A DNA stretch of 60,444 bases, the filler included, from Nitrospinae bacterium RIFCSPLOWO2_12_FULL_45_22 (GTDB taxonomy: Bacteria > 2-12-FULL-45-22), in NCBI GenBank assembly GCA_001803565.1. It is 7 parts of 7 records of this genome, joined end to end, with 100 filler letters (N's around TTAATTAATTAA, not from the genome) between each part and the next. Parts side by side here need not be neighbours in the genome. Positions count along the whole stretch, not along the records: positions 1 to 10,015 come from MHDQ01000104.1; positions 10,116 to 17,411 come from MHDQ01000106.1; 5 more parts are not named here. The stretch is one strand, 5' to 3'. Every line of letters begins with the position of its first letter. Positions within the stretch are counted from its first letter, which is position 1. Shown one piece after another: positions 1 to 10,133 of this stretch. The notes beneath the pieces were generated by a model that ran no database searches, was not told the origin of the DNA, and saw nothing but the letters and a program-made list of their open reading frames with translations. The translations under genes and the position numbers were made by a program.

Positions 1-591
1 AGAGGAGCCAAAGCCGGCCGATGGGTTAATGGCTACCAGGGGCCGATCAAGACTTATGCCCTGTGCCTTGAGGATAGTCAATGCCTTTTCTTGAGCTGAT
101 GCTGTTACATAGAGCTCCAGATTCTTTGTCTGGCAATCAATACCTAGATGGGCTAATAAGCCACCATAATAATCTAGCATGGGCTGGGGAATAAACTGGC
201 CATTCCTTTTGGGAGGCTCTATCCTGTCCGTTAAGAGCAGGCGCCGACCATCACGGGCATAACCTACCCGACGCCTCACTCCCGCTAGCCAGACCATCCA
301 GGCCGAGCTAAAGGAATTAGGGAAAAGGATAGCCAGGTCAAAGGCCTCCTTACGTAATTGTGCGATGAGGCTCAGATAACGGAAAAAATAAGCCCTCTCA
401 CGCTGGTCAGGATAGGTTATAATATCATCAAACCAGGGGGCTCCGTCGGCTAATTCCCTTAAGGCTGGCTTCAGCAACAAACAGATGCGGGCTTCGGGAT
501 AATGGCCCCGGATGGCCCTTAGGGCGGGGGTGGCCATGATAAAATCCCCCACAGGAGTAGGACAGTGCAGGATAATCTTTTTTGGCTCCAT
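1..591 (-). CDS. waaF: LPS heptosyltransferase II-like (GT9), 3' end beyond window edge
   Basis: Manual translation from ATG at 591: MEPKKIILHCPTPVGDFIMATPALRAIRGHYPEARICLL..., later FDLAILFPNSFSSAWMVWLAGVRRRVGYARDGRRLLL; typical GT9 motifs. Confidence 0.8.
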   Translation of the reverse strand, partial: MEPKKIILHCPTPVGDFIMATPALRAIRGHYPEARICLLLKPALRELADGAPWFDDIITYPDQRERAYFFRYLSLIAQLRKEAFDLAILFPNSFSSAWMVWLAGVRRRVGYARDGRRLLLTDRIEPPKRNGQFIPQPMLDYYGGLLAHLGIDCQTKNLELYVTASAQEKALTILKAQGISLDRPLVAINPSAGFGSS

Positions 592-612
592 TGTTTTAGG
601 AATTTTCATTTT

Positions 613-734
613 GGACACAGATGAACGCAGATTGTCAGGATATTAAACCAGTGAGGCGTAAGCAGTTAACTACTTACTTCTTACTCTTCACTGCTCACTC
701 CCTCTTTTGGGTGTATCTGTGAAAATCTGTGTCC
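613..734. repeat. Nested palindromic element, copy 1
   Basis: Outer arms GGACACAGATGAACGCAGAT...ATCTGTGAAAATCTGTGTCC around a heptamer-repeat hairpin; similar to the reverse complement of 17188-17310. Confidence 0.75.
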
Positions 735-2232
735 CAATTAATTTGACGGCCATAAAAGGATTATATTTGATGGCATAATGCCTAATGTCGCTCCTGACTA
801 GTAGGGCAGACAAATTATACTCCAATGATAATACCTCTTTTTCTGCTTCTGTCCAGGCATTCTCATCCATCGTTTCCACCATATCCTTAAGGTCAGGGTA
901 AAGCGGGGGTGGATGAGGAGATAACAGGGTATTCACATACCAGGGGAAGACCCTGGCTAGTTTCTGGATGAATAAGTTATGCTGAGGGCCAAAGTCTAGA
1001 CAGGAGTCCTCAGTAAAATTGGTCAGGCCAGCCATCTTCTCCTGGTTAATCAAGCCCGCCTTTTGGCAGATCTCATAAGCCTGGGTGTTTGGGTAAGGGA
1101 AAAAGACCGACCAGCGGAACCGGTTGGGTTCTATCCGGGCCAGCAGCTTTAAGGTAAGGAAAATATCTTCTCTGGTCTCATAAGGTAGGCCAATCATGAC
1201 AAAGGCAGAGGTCTGTAAGCCCGCTTCATGGGCTATCTGGAATGCCTGTATAATATCGTCATTGCTCATATGCCGGTTCAAGATGTCCTGCCTTATCTTT
1301 TCACTGCCGCTCTCTAAACCAAACTTTACCATCATGCAGCCCGCTTCTTTCAGCCAGGAGGCTATCTCAGCATCAAACAGCCGAACATGGGCATTCACTA
1401 CGAAAGGTTTATCGGTCAATTTTTTATATTCCTGACAAAAATTTCTGAGATAACCCTTATCCAGGGTAAATATATCGTCATCAAAGATAAAGACCTTGAT
1501 ATTCTTATAATTGCTAAGAAGAAGAGAGAGTTCTTTTATAACCGTATCAATCTTATGCCACCTCAAATAGTTTAGCTTATTGAAAGGTAGGCCGAGTTCT
1601 TGCTGATATTGCTCCACCAGCCTGTGATTAAAACAGTAGCTGCAGCGAAAGGGACAGCCCCGGGAGGTCATAATACCTACCCAGCCATCCTTGGCATCAA
1701 TAAGATGCTGAAAATCAAAAAGCTCGTAATCTTTTGGCGGAAGAGATTCTAAATCAACTAATGGTCTTAATGGGTTTCTGATAATCTGCCCATCCTGCCT
1801 GAGCCAGATATTGGGAATATTGCGGACATCCTCTCCGTTCTCGATCCTATTAGCTAGCTCCAGCATGGCATATTCTCCTTCTGCAAGGCAGACAAAATCA
1901 AAACAGCCACTGGCTAATACCTCTTCTGGTGCTATAGTAGGATGGATTCCACCACAAACCAGCGGAACCGAAGAGTATTCTTTGATAGACCGGGCAATTT
2001 CTTTGGCATAGCCATACTGATTAGTTACTACCGAAAACCCTACCAGCCGGGGTTGAAATTCTTCCATGCACACCCTTATCTTCTGTAGGTCCAGGGATTG
2101 GCCCAGATTTTCATTCAGGTTGATCAGCCTGGTAATATGGCCATGCTGTTTCAGTAAGGAAGAGATAAAGGCCAGACCATAATTAAACCCTATCTGGGCA
2201 TTCAGATTAGGATAAATAAACAGTACTCGCAT
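688..2232 (-). CDS. B12-binding domain radical SAM protein
   Basis: N-terminal cobalamin-binding fold (GGIHPT, AEGE), TSRGCPFRCSYC CxxxCxxC, DDDIF, FGLESGS. Confidence 0.9.
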   Translation of the reverse strand: MRVLFIYPNLNAQIGFNYGLAFISSLLKQHGHITRLINLNENLGQSLDLQKIRVCMEEFQPRLVGFSVVTNQYGYAKEIARSIKEYSSVPLVCGGIHPTIAPEEVLASGCFDFVCLAEGEYAMLELANRIENGEDVRNIPNIWLRQDGQIIRNPLRPLVDLESLPPKDYELFDFQHLIDAKDGWVGIMTSRGCPFRCSYCFNHRLVEQYQQELGLPFNKLNYLRWHKIDTVIKELSLLLSNYKNIKVFIFDDDIFTLDKGYLRNFCQEYKKLTDKPFVVNAHVRLFDAEIASWLKEAGCMMVKFGLESGSEKIRQDILNRHMSNDDIIQAFQIAHEAGLQTSAFVMIGLPYETREDIFLTLKLLARIEPNRFRWSVFFPYPNTQAYEICQKAGLINQEKMAGLTNFTEDSCLDFGPQHNLFIQKLARVFPWYVNTLLSPHPPPLYPDLKDMVETMDENAWTEAEKEVLSLEYNLSALLVRSDIRHYAIKYNPFMAVKLIGTQIFTDTPKRGSEQ

Positions 2233-2305
2233 ACCACCACCAATAAATCCTTATCTGGAATGTTTTCATCCAGAATGTTCACGAACCAACCGTCTCCGTC
2301 ACCTG

Positions 2306-2566
2306 TTATGGGTTTTTCAAAACCTCATCATGATTTCCGACAACACGCAATAGTATTGACCCATCATCGTACTGCCAGGTCATCCGAATGGATATTGTCA
2401 CGCTACATTCAAAAATGTCGTTTGTCCCTTGAACCTTCTTCGTTCTTAATGATGGGTGATGAGGATTCTTGCCCATCAAAGTGAGTTTTTTGTGTAGTGT
2501 CTTTTGTTCACCTTTGGAGAGCTTTCTATAGGATTTCTTGAACCTTTCGGTAAAAATGAACTCCAT
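2306..2566 (-). CDS. RelE/YafQ-like type II toxin
   Basis: FTERFKKSYRKL...NPHHPSLRTKK...RMTW...LRVVGNHD; directly downstream of an AbrB-type gene. Confidence 0.8.
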   Translation of the reverse strand: MEFIFTERFKKSYRKLSKGEQKTLHKKLTLMGKNPHHPSLRTKKVQGTNDIFECSVTISIRMTWQYDDGSILLRVVGNHDEVLKNP

Positions 2567-2569
2567 TTC

Positions 2570-2839
2570 CTACGAATCCAGCTTAGCTATTAATTCCTTT
2601 ACATTTTTAGCCTTCTGCACCCTACCGTGTTTAATATCCTCATCAGCTTCTTTTTCCATCGCCTGCCATTCCTTTGACCAGAACCAAGCCTGGGATCTAT
2701 CAATTACAAGGACAGGTTTAATAATAATCTTGTCGTCTTCTGCAATAACGTCAAGATTATCGCCTTCCTGTAATTTCATCTTTTTTACGATCTCACGTGG
2801 TAAGGTTATCTGCGACCTGCCTCTTAACTGAGTAATCAT
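2570..2839 (-). CDS. AbrB/MazE/SpoVT-family antitoxin
   Basis: QITLPREIVKKMKLQEGD AbrB motif, QAWFWSKEWQAMEKEADEDI tail; ATG 2839 follows an AGGAG RBS. Confidence 0.85.
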   Translation of the reverse strand: MITQLRGRSQITLPREIVKKMKLQEGDNLDVIAEDDKIIIKPVLVIDRSQAWFWSKEWQAMEKEADEDIKHGRVQKAKNVKELIAKLDS

Positions 2840-3042
2840 ACAATATCTCCTCATCTGATTTTCTTATATTCGTATTATACCACTTTCATGGTGTTTAGCA
2901 ATTGTTTTGTGCCCCGAAGGGTCACGTAAGCATTGAAGCCCCTTTTCTCATGGAATTGATCCAGGCTATGGCTTAAAATAGCAGAAGTTGTTTTTGGTTG
3001 TCAATGATTTGACACGGAGTGTTCAGGTTGTTGCTGCCGCCG

Positions 3043-4299
3043 CTATTTTTTCAACCCTGCCCCCATTTGACTCGCTGTAGCTGGTACCTGGCGCAGGAGC
3101 ATTAATCCTGCTAGCAAAAATAATAAGAGGACAAATATTGCCAGGCGATATTTCTGGGTATCCAGCCAATAAAAGGATTCTACTGTGATGCCCCAGATAA
3201 GGGGTCCGACAATGGAACTCAATTTCCCACAAAGGCCATAGAGGCCGAAGAATTCGCCTACCTTTTCCGCTGGCGCCAGCTCTACTACCATAGTACGCCC
3301 TGCTACCCATACGCCACCCATACCTATACCAGCTAATGGCCCTACTAACCAGAAGCTCCTACCACCCTGGCTTAATAATGCCAGGGACATAGCCCCAGCC
3401 CAAATCCAGAGGGTTAAGGATAGAGCCTTTTTGGGACCTAATTTAGTAGTAACGATCCCTAGAAGATAAGAGCCAACTGCAGCAAAGATGGTAGAGACTA
3501 TCAGGAAATTAACCAACTGGCTATCGCTAAAACTCATGACTTTCTTGGCATAGATCCCCATGAAGGCTATTACCGTATGGACTACATCAAGATAGATAAA
3601 AGTGGCTAATAAGAATATCCACATCCCCCGGTAAGCCCTGGCTTCTTTTATGGTCTGGATAATAGCAGAAAAGGCCGGCTTAACGATCTTCTCCATATCT
3701 GTCCGGCTTTTGCTAGAAGGGCTGCGAGGTTCTTTAATGACCAGAAAGCAGGGCATAGAAAAGACAAGGAACAATAGGGCAGTAGGGACAAAGCAAGCGC
3801 TCCTCCCACTGGCCTGGACAAAGGGCTCTACCAGCTTTAGTCCCAAAATAGCACCTACATAACCCATCGCTACTCCATAACCAGAGACTCGCCCTACAGA
3901 AGTACCTGCGCTGACCATGGGCAAGAGGCCGTTATAGAATACCAGACCCGTCTGATAGAAATAATTGGCTACCACAAACATCACTAAACCCCAATAGAGG
4001 TGGTTAGCCAGGCTGATACTGGCGGTAGCAGCTACACAGATGAGGGTCCAGATGAGCAGGAAGGGCATCCGCCGTTCCCATTGGTCACTAATAGCTCCCA
4101 GGATAGGGCTGGAGAGGGAGGCCAGAAACATTGATCCTGAAAGGACCAGGCTATAGAGGATATCAGTCCCACCCTGGTCTATCGTTACCCAGAGAGGAAA
4201 ATAGGTAGAGATGATATTCATAGAGAAGATAGTGTTGGCAAAATCGTATAAGGCCCAGGAGAATATAGCTAGCTTCTTACCTGGCATCCCTATTACCAA
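3043..4299 (-). CDS. MFS transporter (UMF1/Atg22/YxiO-like)
   Basis: SWALYDFANT N-terminal motif, about 12 hydrophobic segments, GEFFGLY. Confidence 0.88.
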   Translation of the reverse strand: MVIGMPGKKLAIFSWALYDFANTIFSMNIISTYFPLWVTIDQGGTDILYSLVLSGSMFLASLSSPILGAISDQWERRMPFLLIWTLICVAATASISLANHLYWGLVMFVVANYFYQTGLVFYNGLLPMVSAGTSVGRVSGYGVAMGYVGAILGLKLVEPFVQASGRSACFVPTALLFLVFSMPCFLVIKEPRSPSSKSRTDMEKIVKPAFSAIIQTIKEARAYRGMWIFLLATFIYLDVVHTVIAFMGIYAKKVMSFSDSQLVNFLIVSTIFAAVGSYLLGIVTTKLGPKKALSLTLWIWAGAMSLALLSQGGRSFWLVGPLAGIGMGGVWVAGRTMVVELAPAEKVGEFFGLYGLCGKLSSIVGPLIWGITVESFYWLDTQKYRLAIFVLLLFLLAGLMLLRQVPATASQMGAGLKK

Positions 4300-4694
4300 T
4301 CAAACCATTCACTATCTGTCTTCTGGTGCCAGTCGAAGAGGTATTCTGGTTGGATGAGGCTCTTCTCATAGGGTGGAATAGGGAAGGTAATAATATCATA
4401 AGTGCCTGCCAGGAAGCGGGCCATAGTCCAGCCTGTGCCAATAAAAATCCCTTCTACATAGCCCGCTATAATTCGGCCAGGATCATCCTTACCCCTTTGG
4501 GCCTGCCAATACATCTGATTAGGGACTTCCAGAGGAGCAGTAACCACATTGACGACACCCCGGCTTAATTTCTTAAAGGGCTGATAGATAGGGGGTTCAG
4601 GTGGTGGGGTAGGTTCTTTAGCCCAGGATGGTCCTAAGAAAAATATGTAACAACAAAGGATTAAAACCGTTCGCTTCCCGAATGACATAGTCAT
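4293..4694 (-). CDS. Exosortase system-associated protein (TIGR04073-like)
   Basis: Signal peptide, KKLSRGVVNVVTAPLEVP...RFLAGTYDIITFPIP...IQPEY. Confidence 0.75.
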   Translation of the reverse strand: MTMSFGKRTVLILCCYIFFLGPSWAKEPTPPPEPPIYQPFKKLSRGVVNVVTAPLEVPNQMYWQAQRGKDDPGRIIAGYVEGIFIGTGWTMARFLAGTYDIITFPIPPYEKSLIQPEYLFDWHQKTDSEWFDW

Positions 4695-4704
4695 AAAGCC
4701 TATC

Positions 4705-4767
4705 TAGCGGAGACCTTTAGGTCTCCAAAAGTGGAAGGCACCCAAAGGGTACCCGGCCTTCCACTAC
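4705..4767. repeat. REP-like double hairpin containing a 17-bp micro-insert
   Basis: GGAGACC-TTTA-GGTCTCC and GTGGAAGGC...GCCTTCCAC, ending in CTAC; inner CACCCAAAGGGTACCCG recurs at 21269. Confidence 0.55.
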
Positions 4768-4893
4768 CATTATTAATGGATTTCTGACAGAAAATAGCCA
4801 CACCCATATCTTTTTCATAAATATTATCGCATAAATAACATAACTAATAAACCCAAATTAAGTAGCCCGCGGCAATATTCTATCTGCCTGGAC

Positions 4894-6018
4894 TTACAGG
4901 CTACCCTGATCCAGCAATGTTAGTATCAGGGATGCACTCTTCACCATATCCTCTATCTTCAATATTTCATTAACAGAATGGGGGGTGCTCATACCAGTAC
5001 CTAATATGACCGAAACTATGCCTTTAGTATTGAAGATATTAGCATCGCTCCCACCACCGCCTTTCTTAAGGGTCATTTTTATCCCCATTTTCCTGGCTGC
5101 CTCAAATACTTTTTTGATAAGGGGGTGGTCTTTTTCCACCTTCATCAATGGATAATCCTGCCTCACTGCTATCTCCACCTTCGGTTTTAATCCGTTACCG
5201 CCTTCTTGTTCGAGTTTCTTAAAGGAATGGCAGATGTCCTCGGTCACTGACGCCAACTTTTTTTGATCATGGCTCCGGGCCTCACCTTCGATCTCTACCA
5301 GGTTAGGCACAATATTAGTAGCCACTCCACCCTTGATCAGACCGATATTAGCAGTAGTTTCCTCATCTATCCTGCCCAACTGGAGTCGAGCAATAGCCTG
5401 GGAGGCTAAAGTTATGGCATTAAGGCCGGTCTCGGGGGCTATGCCCGCATGGGCTTCCCTACCATGAACTTTGATGGACAGCCTATTGGCAGTAGGGGCC
5501 CTATTAGTCACGTCGGTAATAGAACCGCCGTCCAAGACTATCCCCCAGGGGGCCGTTATCAGGTCATAGTCTAATTCTTTTGCCCCAACCAGCCCGATCT
5601 CTTCACAGACAGTAAATACTATTTCCAGAGGGGGGTGGTTAACCTCTTTTTCTCGCATTACCCGTAGTATTTCCAGGATAATAGCTACACCCGCTTTATC
5701 ATCTGCCCCCAGGATTGTAGTGCCATCGCTCTTAACGATATTGTCTTGCACGACGGGTTTTATACCCTTGCCCGGGTTTACGGTATCCAGGTGGGCACAG
5801 AGCATTAAAGGCTGGCTGGTTTCAGGGCCGGGTACTTTTGCTATTAGATTACCACAGTTGCCCCCTAATCTTTCTGCACTAGTATCAAAAAGGGCCTCAA
5901 TACCTATATCCTGCAAAACCTTCTGACAATAAAGAGCTACCTCTTTCTCTTCCTTAGATAAACTATCTATCTTGATTAATTCTAAAAAGGTATCTAATAA
6001 TCTCGCGGAATTTATCAT
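4894..6018 (-). CDS. M20/M25/M40 metallopeptidase (peptidase T-like)
   Basis: AHLDTV, LGADDKAG, EEIGLVGA, GGGSDAN, terminal H. Confidence 0.92.
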   Translation of the reverse strand: MINSARLLDTFLELIKIDSLSKEEKEVALYCQKVLQDIGIEALFDTSAERLGGNCGNLIAKVPGPETSQPLMLCAHLDTVNPGKGIKPVVQDNIVKSDGTTILGADDKAGVAIILEILRVMREKEVNHPPLEIVFTVCEEIGLVGAKELDYDLITAPWGIVLDGGSITDVTNRAPTANRLSIKVHGREAHAGIAPETGLNAITLASQAIARLQLGRIDEETTANIGLIKGGVATNIVPNLVEIEGEARSHDQKKLASVTEDICHSFKKLEQEGGNGLKPKVEIAVRQDYPLMKVEKDHPLIKKVFEAARKMGIKMTLKKGGGGSDANIFNTKGIVSVILGTGMSTPHSVNEILKIEDMVKSASLILTLLDQGSL

Positions 6019-6218
6019 GGGATCATCTCCATTAGTAACAGTTCACGGGGGTCAGGGATCAGTTGCCAGGCAGGCCCATTATACCAGAAAAGGATTAAAT
6101 ATAAATATACCAAATTACCGCGGAAATGTATATAATGAATCCATCCAAGCTACAAGGGCGGGGCATGCTACTTCCCTACTCAATAATGACCACTCACTGG
6201 AGGAATAGAGTAAGGTAT

Positions 6219-7604
6219 ATGGGAGCGCTAGAAGAGCAAGAAAAGACCCGGATTGATAGGCTTTGGCTAGAGGGTTATCTCCGGGATAAAGATAAGTTAG
6301 CATATTTAGAAGCTTATTTGTCCCACCCATGCCCTGAGCTGTGCCAGGCGGCTGCCAGGGCTATTATCGAAGAGGTCTTGGGAGAGGAGAACAAAGGGTT
6401 ACGGCTCAGGGCATTAGAGCGCCTTAAACCATTTTCTATGCCTGACCCTAATAATCCGTGCCAGGGCCAGATTGATCTGCATACCCACGACTTTTTTTCC
6501 GAAGATGGCTACCAAACTCCATCAGCCCTGGCCTTAGAGGCTTATGAGAAGGGGCTCACCGGGGTAGCGGTAATTAGCCATAATCAAAGATATGACGATG
6601 ATGAAGCTGAAAGGGCCGCCCAAATCTTAGGGATTGATCTTTTTAAAGGCGGGGAGATAGTATCTTATGTAGTATTGAAAGACCGAGGGGTAGAAAATAT
6701 CCATATCCTGCAAATATATGGGGATAACCCCCCGCCAGAGAAATTAAATGAGATACTGAGATTCTACATAAACCGCTACGAAAATGAGCTAGATGCTCTG
6801 GGGTATGATCTTGAGCAAGCCCGTAATAATCCCCTGGAGGCATTGAAATATTTGAGGTTAGGGAGTGCTCAGCAATTAGTAGGAGAAAAGCTCCAGGGGC
6901 TACAGAATAGGTTTGGTAACCGCCTCTGGCTTAGCGAAGAGGAGCTGCACTCCGCGAAGCGTGGTGATGCTGTTTACCCTTTTACTATAGCAGTAGCCTT
7001 ATGGAGAAAGTATAGAGAGGTCTTTCAGGCAGGGTTTTTATTAGAAGAAGGGAAGCCCGAAAGCCGGCTAGTATTGGGAAATGTTAATGCAGTATATCAG
7101 CAATTCATTCGGGTAGAAAAAACTAATTACAGGGACGAAGGAGACGAACGAACCCCCGATTTGAAAAGTATTGCTACCCGGGCAATACTGCTTGGCCGAA
7201 AGCTTATAATACCCCATCCTAGCGAATATTCTACCCAGGCCTTTGAGCAAATTTTGGAAGACCTGGCCCTTATTGAATTGGGTGGTAAAAAATATGCTGG
7301 CACCCTTATTGGAGTAGAATATTATAGCAACAAACTGAGAGGCAAATATAAGGAATATGTAAGAGAGTATATAGATAAACTAAACCATGAACATCCAGTC
7401 TACCAACACTTCCCATTATATTTGCTGCCCGGCAGCGATAGCCACGGCCAATACTCACCTGATTGCCCCTTAGGCCTAGGGGATAATTACCCCTCTGATA
7501 AGGCAAGGTACAAAGAAGAAGTATATAGGGTCTTAAAAAGACCCGTGATAGAATTTTCTACTACGGAATTATTAAGGGAGTCCAGGAGGAGAGTTTTTGA
7601 ATAA
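6219..7604 (+). CDS. PHP-domain phosphoesterase
   Basis: IDLHTHD, ISHN, GGEI, IHIL, PHP, GSDSHG; start placed at ATG 6219 (ORF track 6126). Confidence 0.8.
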   Translation: MGALEEQEKTRIDRLWLEGYLRDKDKLAYLEAYLSHPCPELCQAAARAIIEEVLGEENKGLRLRALERLKPFSMPDPNNPCQGQIDLHTHDFFSEDGYQTPSALALEAYEKGLTGVAVISHNQRYDDDEAERAAQILGIDLFKGGEIVSYVVLKDRGVENIHILQIYGDNPPPEKLNEILRFYINRYENELDALGYDLEQARNNPLEALKYLRLGSAQQLVGEKLQGLQNRFGNRLWLSEEELHSAKRGDAVYPFTIAVALWRKYREVFQAGFLLEEGKPESRLVLGNVNAVYQQFIRVEKTNYRDEGDERTPDLKSIATRAILLGRKLIIPHPSEYSTQAFEQILEDLALIELGGKKYAGTLIGVEYYSNKLRGKYKEYVREYIDKLNHEHPVYQHFPLYLLPGSDSHGQYSPDCPLGLGDNYPSDKARYKEEVYRVLKRPVIEFSTTELLRESRRRVFE

Positions 7605-7844
7605 AAGGTATAATGCTATACCAACAAATAAGAGACCCAGAAATATAGAGAGATGGTTCGTTATAAGCTCTTGCCTATCTTTCAAGAAATTCTTTATTAG
7701 CTGGGTTAGTCCCGGCTTAGCCTCTACTAATGGGGTTTCGCAATATTTGCAATAAGTATCTTTGGGCTTATTCGGAAAGTGGCAGTAAGGACAAAGTTTT
7801 ACTTCTATTATCTGACTGGCAGCTTTTCTGGAAGGTTCCTTCAT
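7572..7844 (-). CDS. Small zinc-ribbon membrane protein
   Basis: CPYC...CKYC followed by one hydrophobic helix; overlaps the PHP gene 3' end. Confidence 0.6.
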   Translation of the reverse strand: MKEPSRKAASQIIEVKLCPYCHFPNKPKDTYCKYCETPLVEAKPGLTQLIKNFLKDRQELITNHLSIFLGLLFVGIALYLLFKNSPPGLP

Positions 7845-7891
7845 GGTGTATAATCCCTTTCTTTCTGACTTTTGTACTTTTATATCTTTCA

Positions 7892-7972
7892 TGTCATTTC
7901 GACCGAAGGGAGAAATCTTTGTTTCGAAGATAGGAGAAATCTTTAAGATTCCTCGCTCCGCTCGGAATGATA
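7892..7972. repeat. TGTCATT...GGAATGA(C/T)A palindromic element
   Basis: TGTCATTTCGACCGAAGGGAGAAATCT...AGATTCCTCGCTCCGCTCGGAATGATA; related copy at 13851-13926. Confidence 0.7.
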
Positions 7973-8018
7973 ATGGTGGAATGAAAAAGTGCGAAATTAA
8001 AGCGCTTTCTGCAAAAGT

Positions 8019-9065
8019 GTGGTATCTAAAAAAATGATAGCATATGAGAGGTCAATTCGTCAAAAGAAAAAGGTTGTTACTTTAGGAAATGGCACCGGGC
8101 ATGGTGTTCTATTGGAGGGGCTGAAAAGGCTTCCTTATTCCCTCACCGCCATAGTTAATATAACGGATAATGGGGGCCATAGCGGGCTGTTGCGCCAGAG
8201 TATGGATACCCCTTCTCCGGGCGATTTACGTAAATGTATAACCAGCCTGGCCGATCCGGGACTAACCCTCACTAATCTTTTAAAGTATCGCTTTGAAGGG
8301 GAATTAGAAGGCGTATGCCTGGGTAACCTTATTATAGGAGCTTTGATAAGGCAGGAAGGTGCTCTTTCGTTAGCCAGCGCTAAGTTAGGTCAGATGTTAG
8401 GGTTGGAGCATGAAGTAATACCTGCATCCGATGAAAGCACCCACATATGTGCCCAGTTACCTGATGGAACTGTAGTAGTAGGCGAATGGGAAATAATAGA
8501 GCGGGGGCCTGAGCATAAAGATATCCAGAGACTATTCCTGCAAAAGACCATTCGGCCAGTCCCCAGGGCCTTAGAAGCAATAGGAGAGGCTGATTTTCTT
8601 ATTATAGGACCGGGTTCACTGCGTACTGGCATCATATCCCTCCTTCTGGTCGCGGGGATAAAGGAGGCTATCGGAAACTCTAAGGCCAACAAGGTATATA
8701 TCTGCAACCTTATGACCCAGCCGGGCCAGACTGACCATTTCGCTCTGCGCCGGCATATGGAAGAATTATATCGGTATTTACCGATAGAGATGGATTATAC
8801 CATTGTTAATGATCCAGGCCGAATCCCTCCTGATATTTTAAGGCTTGTGGAGGACTCTTACCCAGTTGTCATTGATCATCCTATATATCCTACAAAACTC
8901 GTAATTAAGGACTTAATGAAGGATATTGATTGGCAGGATATCATTCATAATGGCTGGAAGAGAAAAAGAAGCTCTTTTAGGTCGGGACCCCATTTGGTTG
9001 TTCACGACCCCGACAAATTAGCCGCTGCCTTAGCTCAGATTATTGATTCTCCAGAAATTGTTTAG
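8019..9065 (+). CDS. yvcK: YvcK/CofD-like gluconeogenesis factor (UDP-GlcNAc-binding)
   Basis: VVTLGNGTG, DNGGHSG, PGDLRKC, IGPGSL, CNLMTQPGQT, HDPDKLA. Confidence 0.85.
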   Translation: MVSKKMIAYERSIRQKKKVVTLGNGTGHGVLLEGLKRLPYSLTAIVNITDNGGHSGLLRQSMDTPSPGDLRKCITSLADPGLTLTNLLKYRFEGELEGVCLGNLIIGALIRQEGALSLASAKLGQMLGLEHEVIPASDESTHICAQLPDGTVVVGEWEIIERGPEHKDIQRLFLQKTIRPVPRALEAIGEADFLIIGPGSLRTGIISLLLVAGIKEAIGNSKANKVYICNLMTQPGQTDHFALRRHMEELYRYLPIEMDYTIVNDPGRIPPDILRLVEDSYPVVIDHPIYPTKLVIKDLMKDIDWQDIIHNGWKRKRSSFRSGPHLVVHDPDKLAAALAQIIDSPEIV

Positions 9066-9594
9066 CCATAAAGATAGGCTCATAATCATAATCCTTGAGG
9101 GCATCTCTTGAGCCTTCATCCCGGTCAACCAGGGAAAATACCTTTATTACCCGGCAGCCTAACTCCTCAACGGCTTTTATTGCCCGCATAGTGGATGCCC
9201 CGGTAGTGGTTACATCCTCAATGATAATGACCTTGGAACCCGCGGCCAAATCGCCTTCTATCAGCCCCATCTTGCCATGTTTTTTTGGTTCCTTTCGCAC
9301 AATGAAACCACTTAATGGGACCCCATTTATATAGCTATAAATTATTAAGGACCCTACAATCGGGTCCGCCCCAATCGTAGGCCCACCCACTGCATCTACC
9401 GAGACCCCACCCTTTACCATGGCCTGGATACGCTCCCAAAGGACAGAAGCAATAAGAAAAGCACCATAAGGATCGAGGCTGGTCTTTTTGCAATCCAAAT
9501 AATAAGAACTCTCTTTACCAGAAGAGAGGGTTATTTTCCCTTGAAAAAAAGATTTTTCTTTTAAAAGCTTAAATAGCTCGTCTTTCCAGGTCAT
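9040..9594 (-). CDS. pyrE: Orotate phosphoribosyltransferase
   Basis: TLSSGKESSYYLDC, VRKEPKKHG, IIEDVTTTGAS PRPP-binding loop, VDRDEG. Confidence 0.95.
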   Translation of the reverse strand: MTWKDELFKLLKEKSFFQGKITLSSGKESSYYLDCKKTSLDPYGAFLIASVLWERIQAMVKGGVSVDAVGGPTIGADPIVGSLIIYSYINGVPLSGFIVRKEPKKHGKMGLIEGDLAAGSKVIIIEDVTTTGASTMRAIKAVEELGCRVIKVFSLVDRDEGSRDALKDYDYEPIFMAKQFLENQ

Positions 9595-9598
9595 TCTA

Positions 9599-9731
9599 GG
9601 TCATTGGTTACTGGTCATTAGTCATTGGGTTATNNNNNNNNNNNNNNNNNNNNNNNNNNNNNNNNNNNNNNCTGGTCATTAGCCCGGCGATGTTTCATTA
9701 AACGAAATTCTATTTTCCAATGACCAATGAC
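9599..9731. repeat. Inverted heptamer-repeat tract (GGTCATT/AATGACC) spanning a 38-N scaffold gap
   Basis: GGTCATT GGTTACT GGTCATT AGTCATT...N(9634-9671)...CCAATGACCAATGAC. Confidence 0.65.
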
Positions 9732-9738
9732 AATACCT

Positions 9739-10015
9739 TTAAGGCTTTAGCATAGCTAAACAAGGCTCTAGGTTTGTAAACATACTTGGAATGCACTCAT
9801 GGAGATTGATTACTTCAATCTTTCCCCGGTACTCATTTATCCTTTTAGAGACCTCCTGGATCAAGGTATTTACTGCGCCAGGAGAAAAGAATTTTAACTC
9901 TTTGCAATCTATTGTTATCCTATCTATACCCCTTCTAATACTGAACTGAATGGTCTTTATTAATCTTTTAGCAGAATTAACATCCAACGACCCTTCTAAC
10001 CTCAAGACCAGCGCC
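9739..10015 (-). CDS. STAS domain protein, 5' truncated by contig end
   Basis: VLRLEGSLDVNSA...ITIDCKELKFFSPGAV. Confidence 0.7.
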
Positions 10016-10115
10016 NNNNNNNNNNNNNNNNNNNNNNNNNNNNNNNNNNNNNNNNNNNNTTAATTAATTAANNNNNNNNNNNNNNNNNNNNNNNNNNNNN
10101 NNNNNNNNNNNNNNN
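10016..10115. other. Artificial contig linker
   Basis: N run + TTAATTAATTAA (stops in all frames) + N run, 100 nt. Confidence 0.98.
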
Positions 10116-10133
10116 AATATAGGAGACTCTAGC

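Noticed and set aside
2306-2839. AbrB antitoxin paired with a RelE-like toxin as a novel TA type
   Set aside because: AbrB-RelE superfamily pairings are already known (e.g. PrlF-YhaV)
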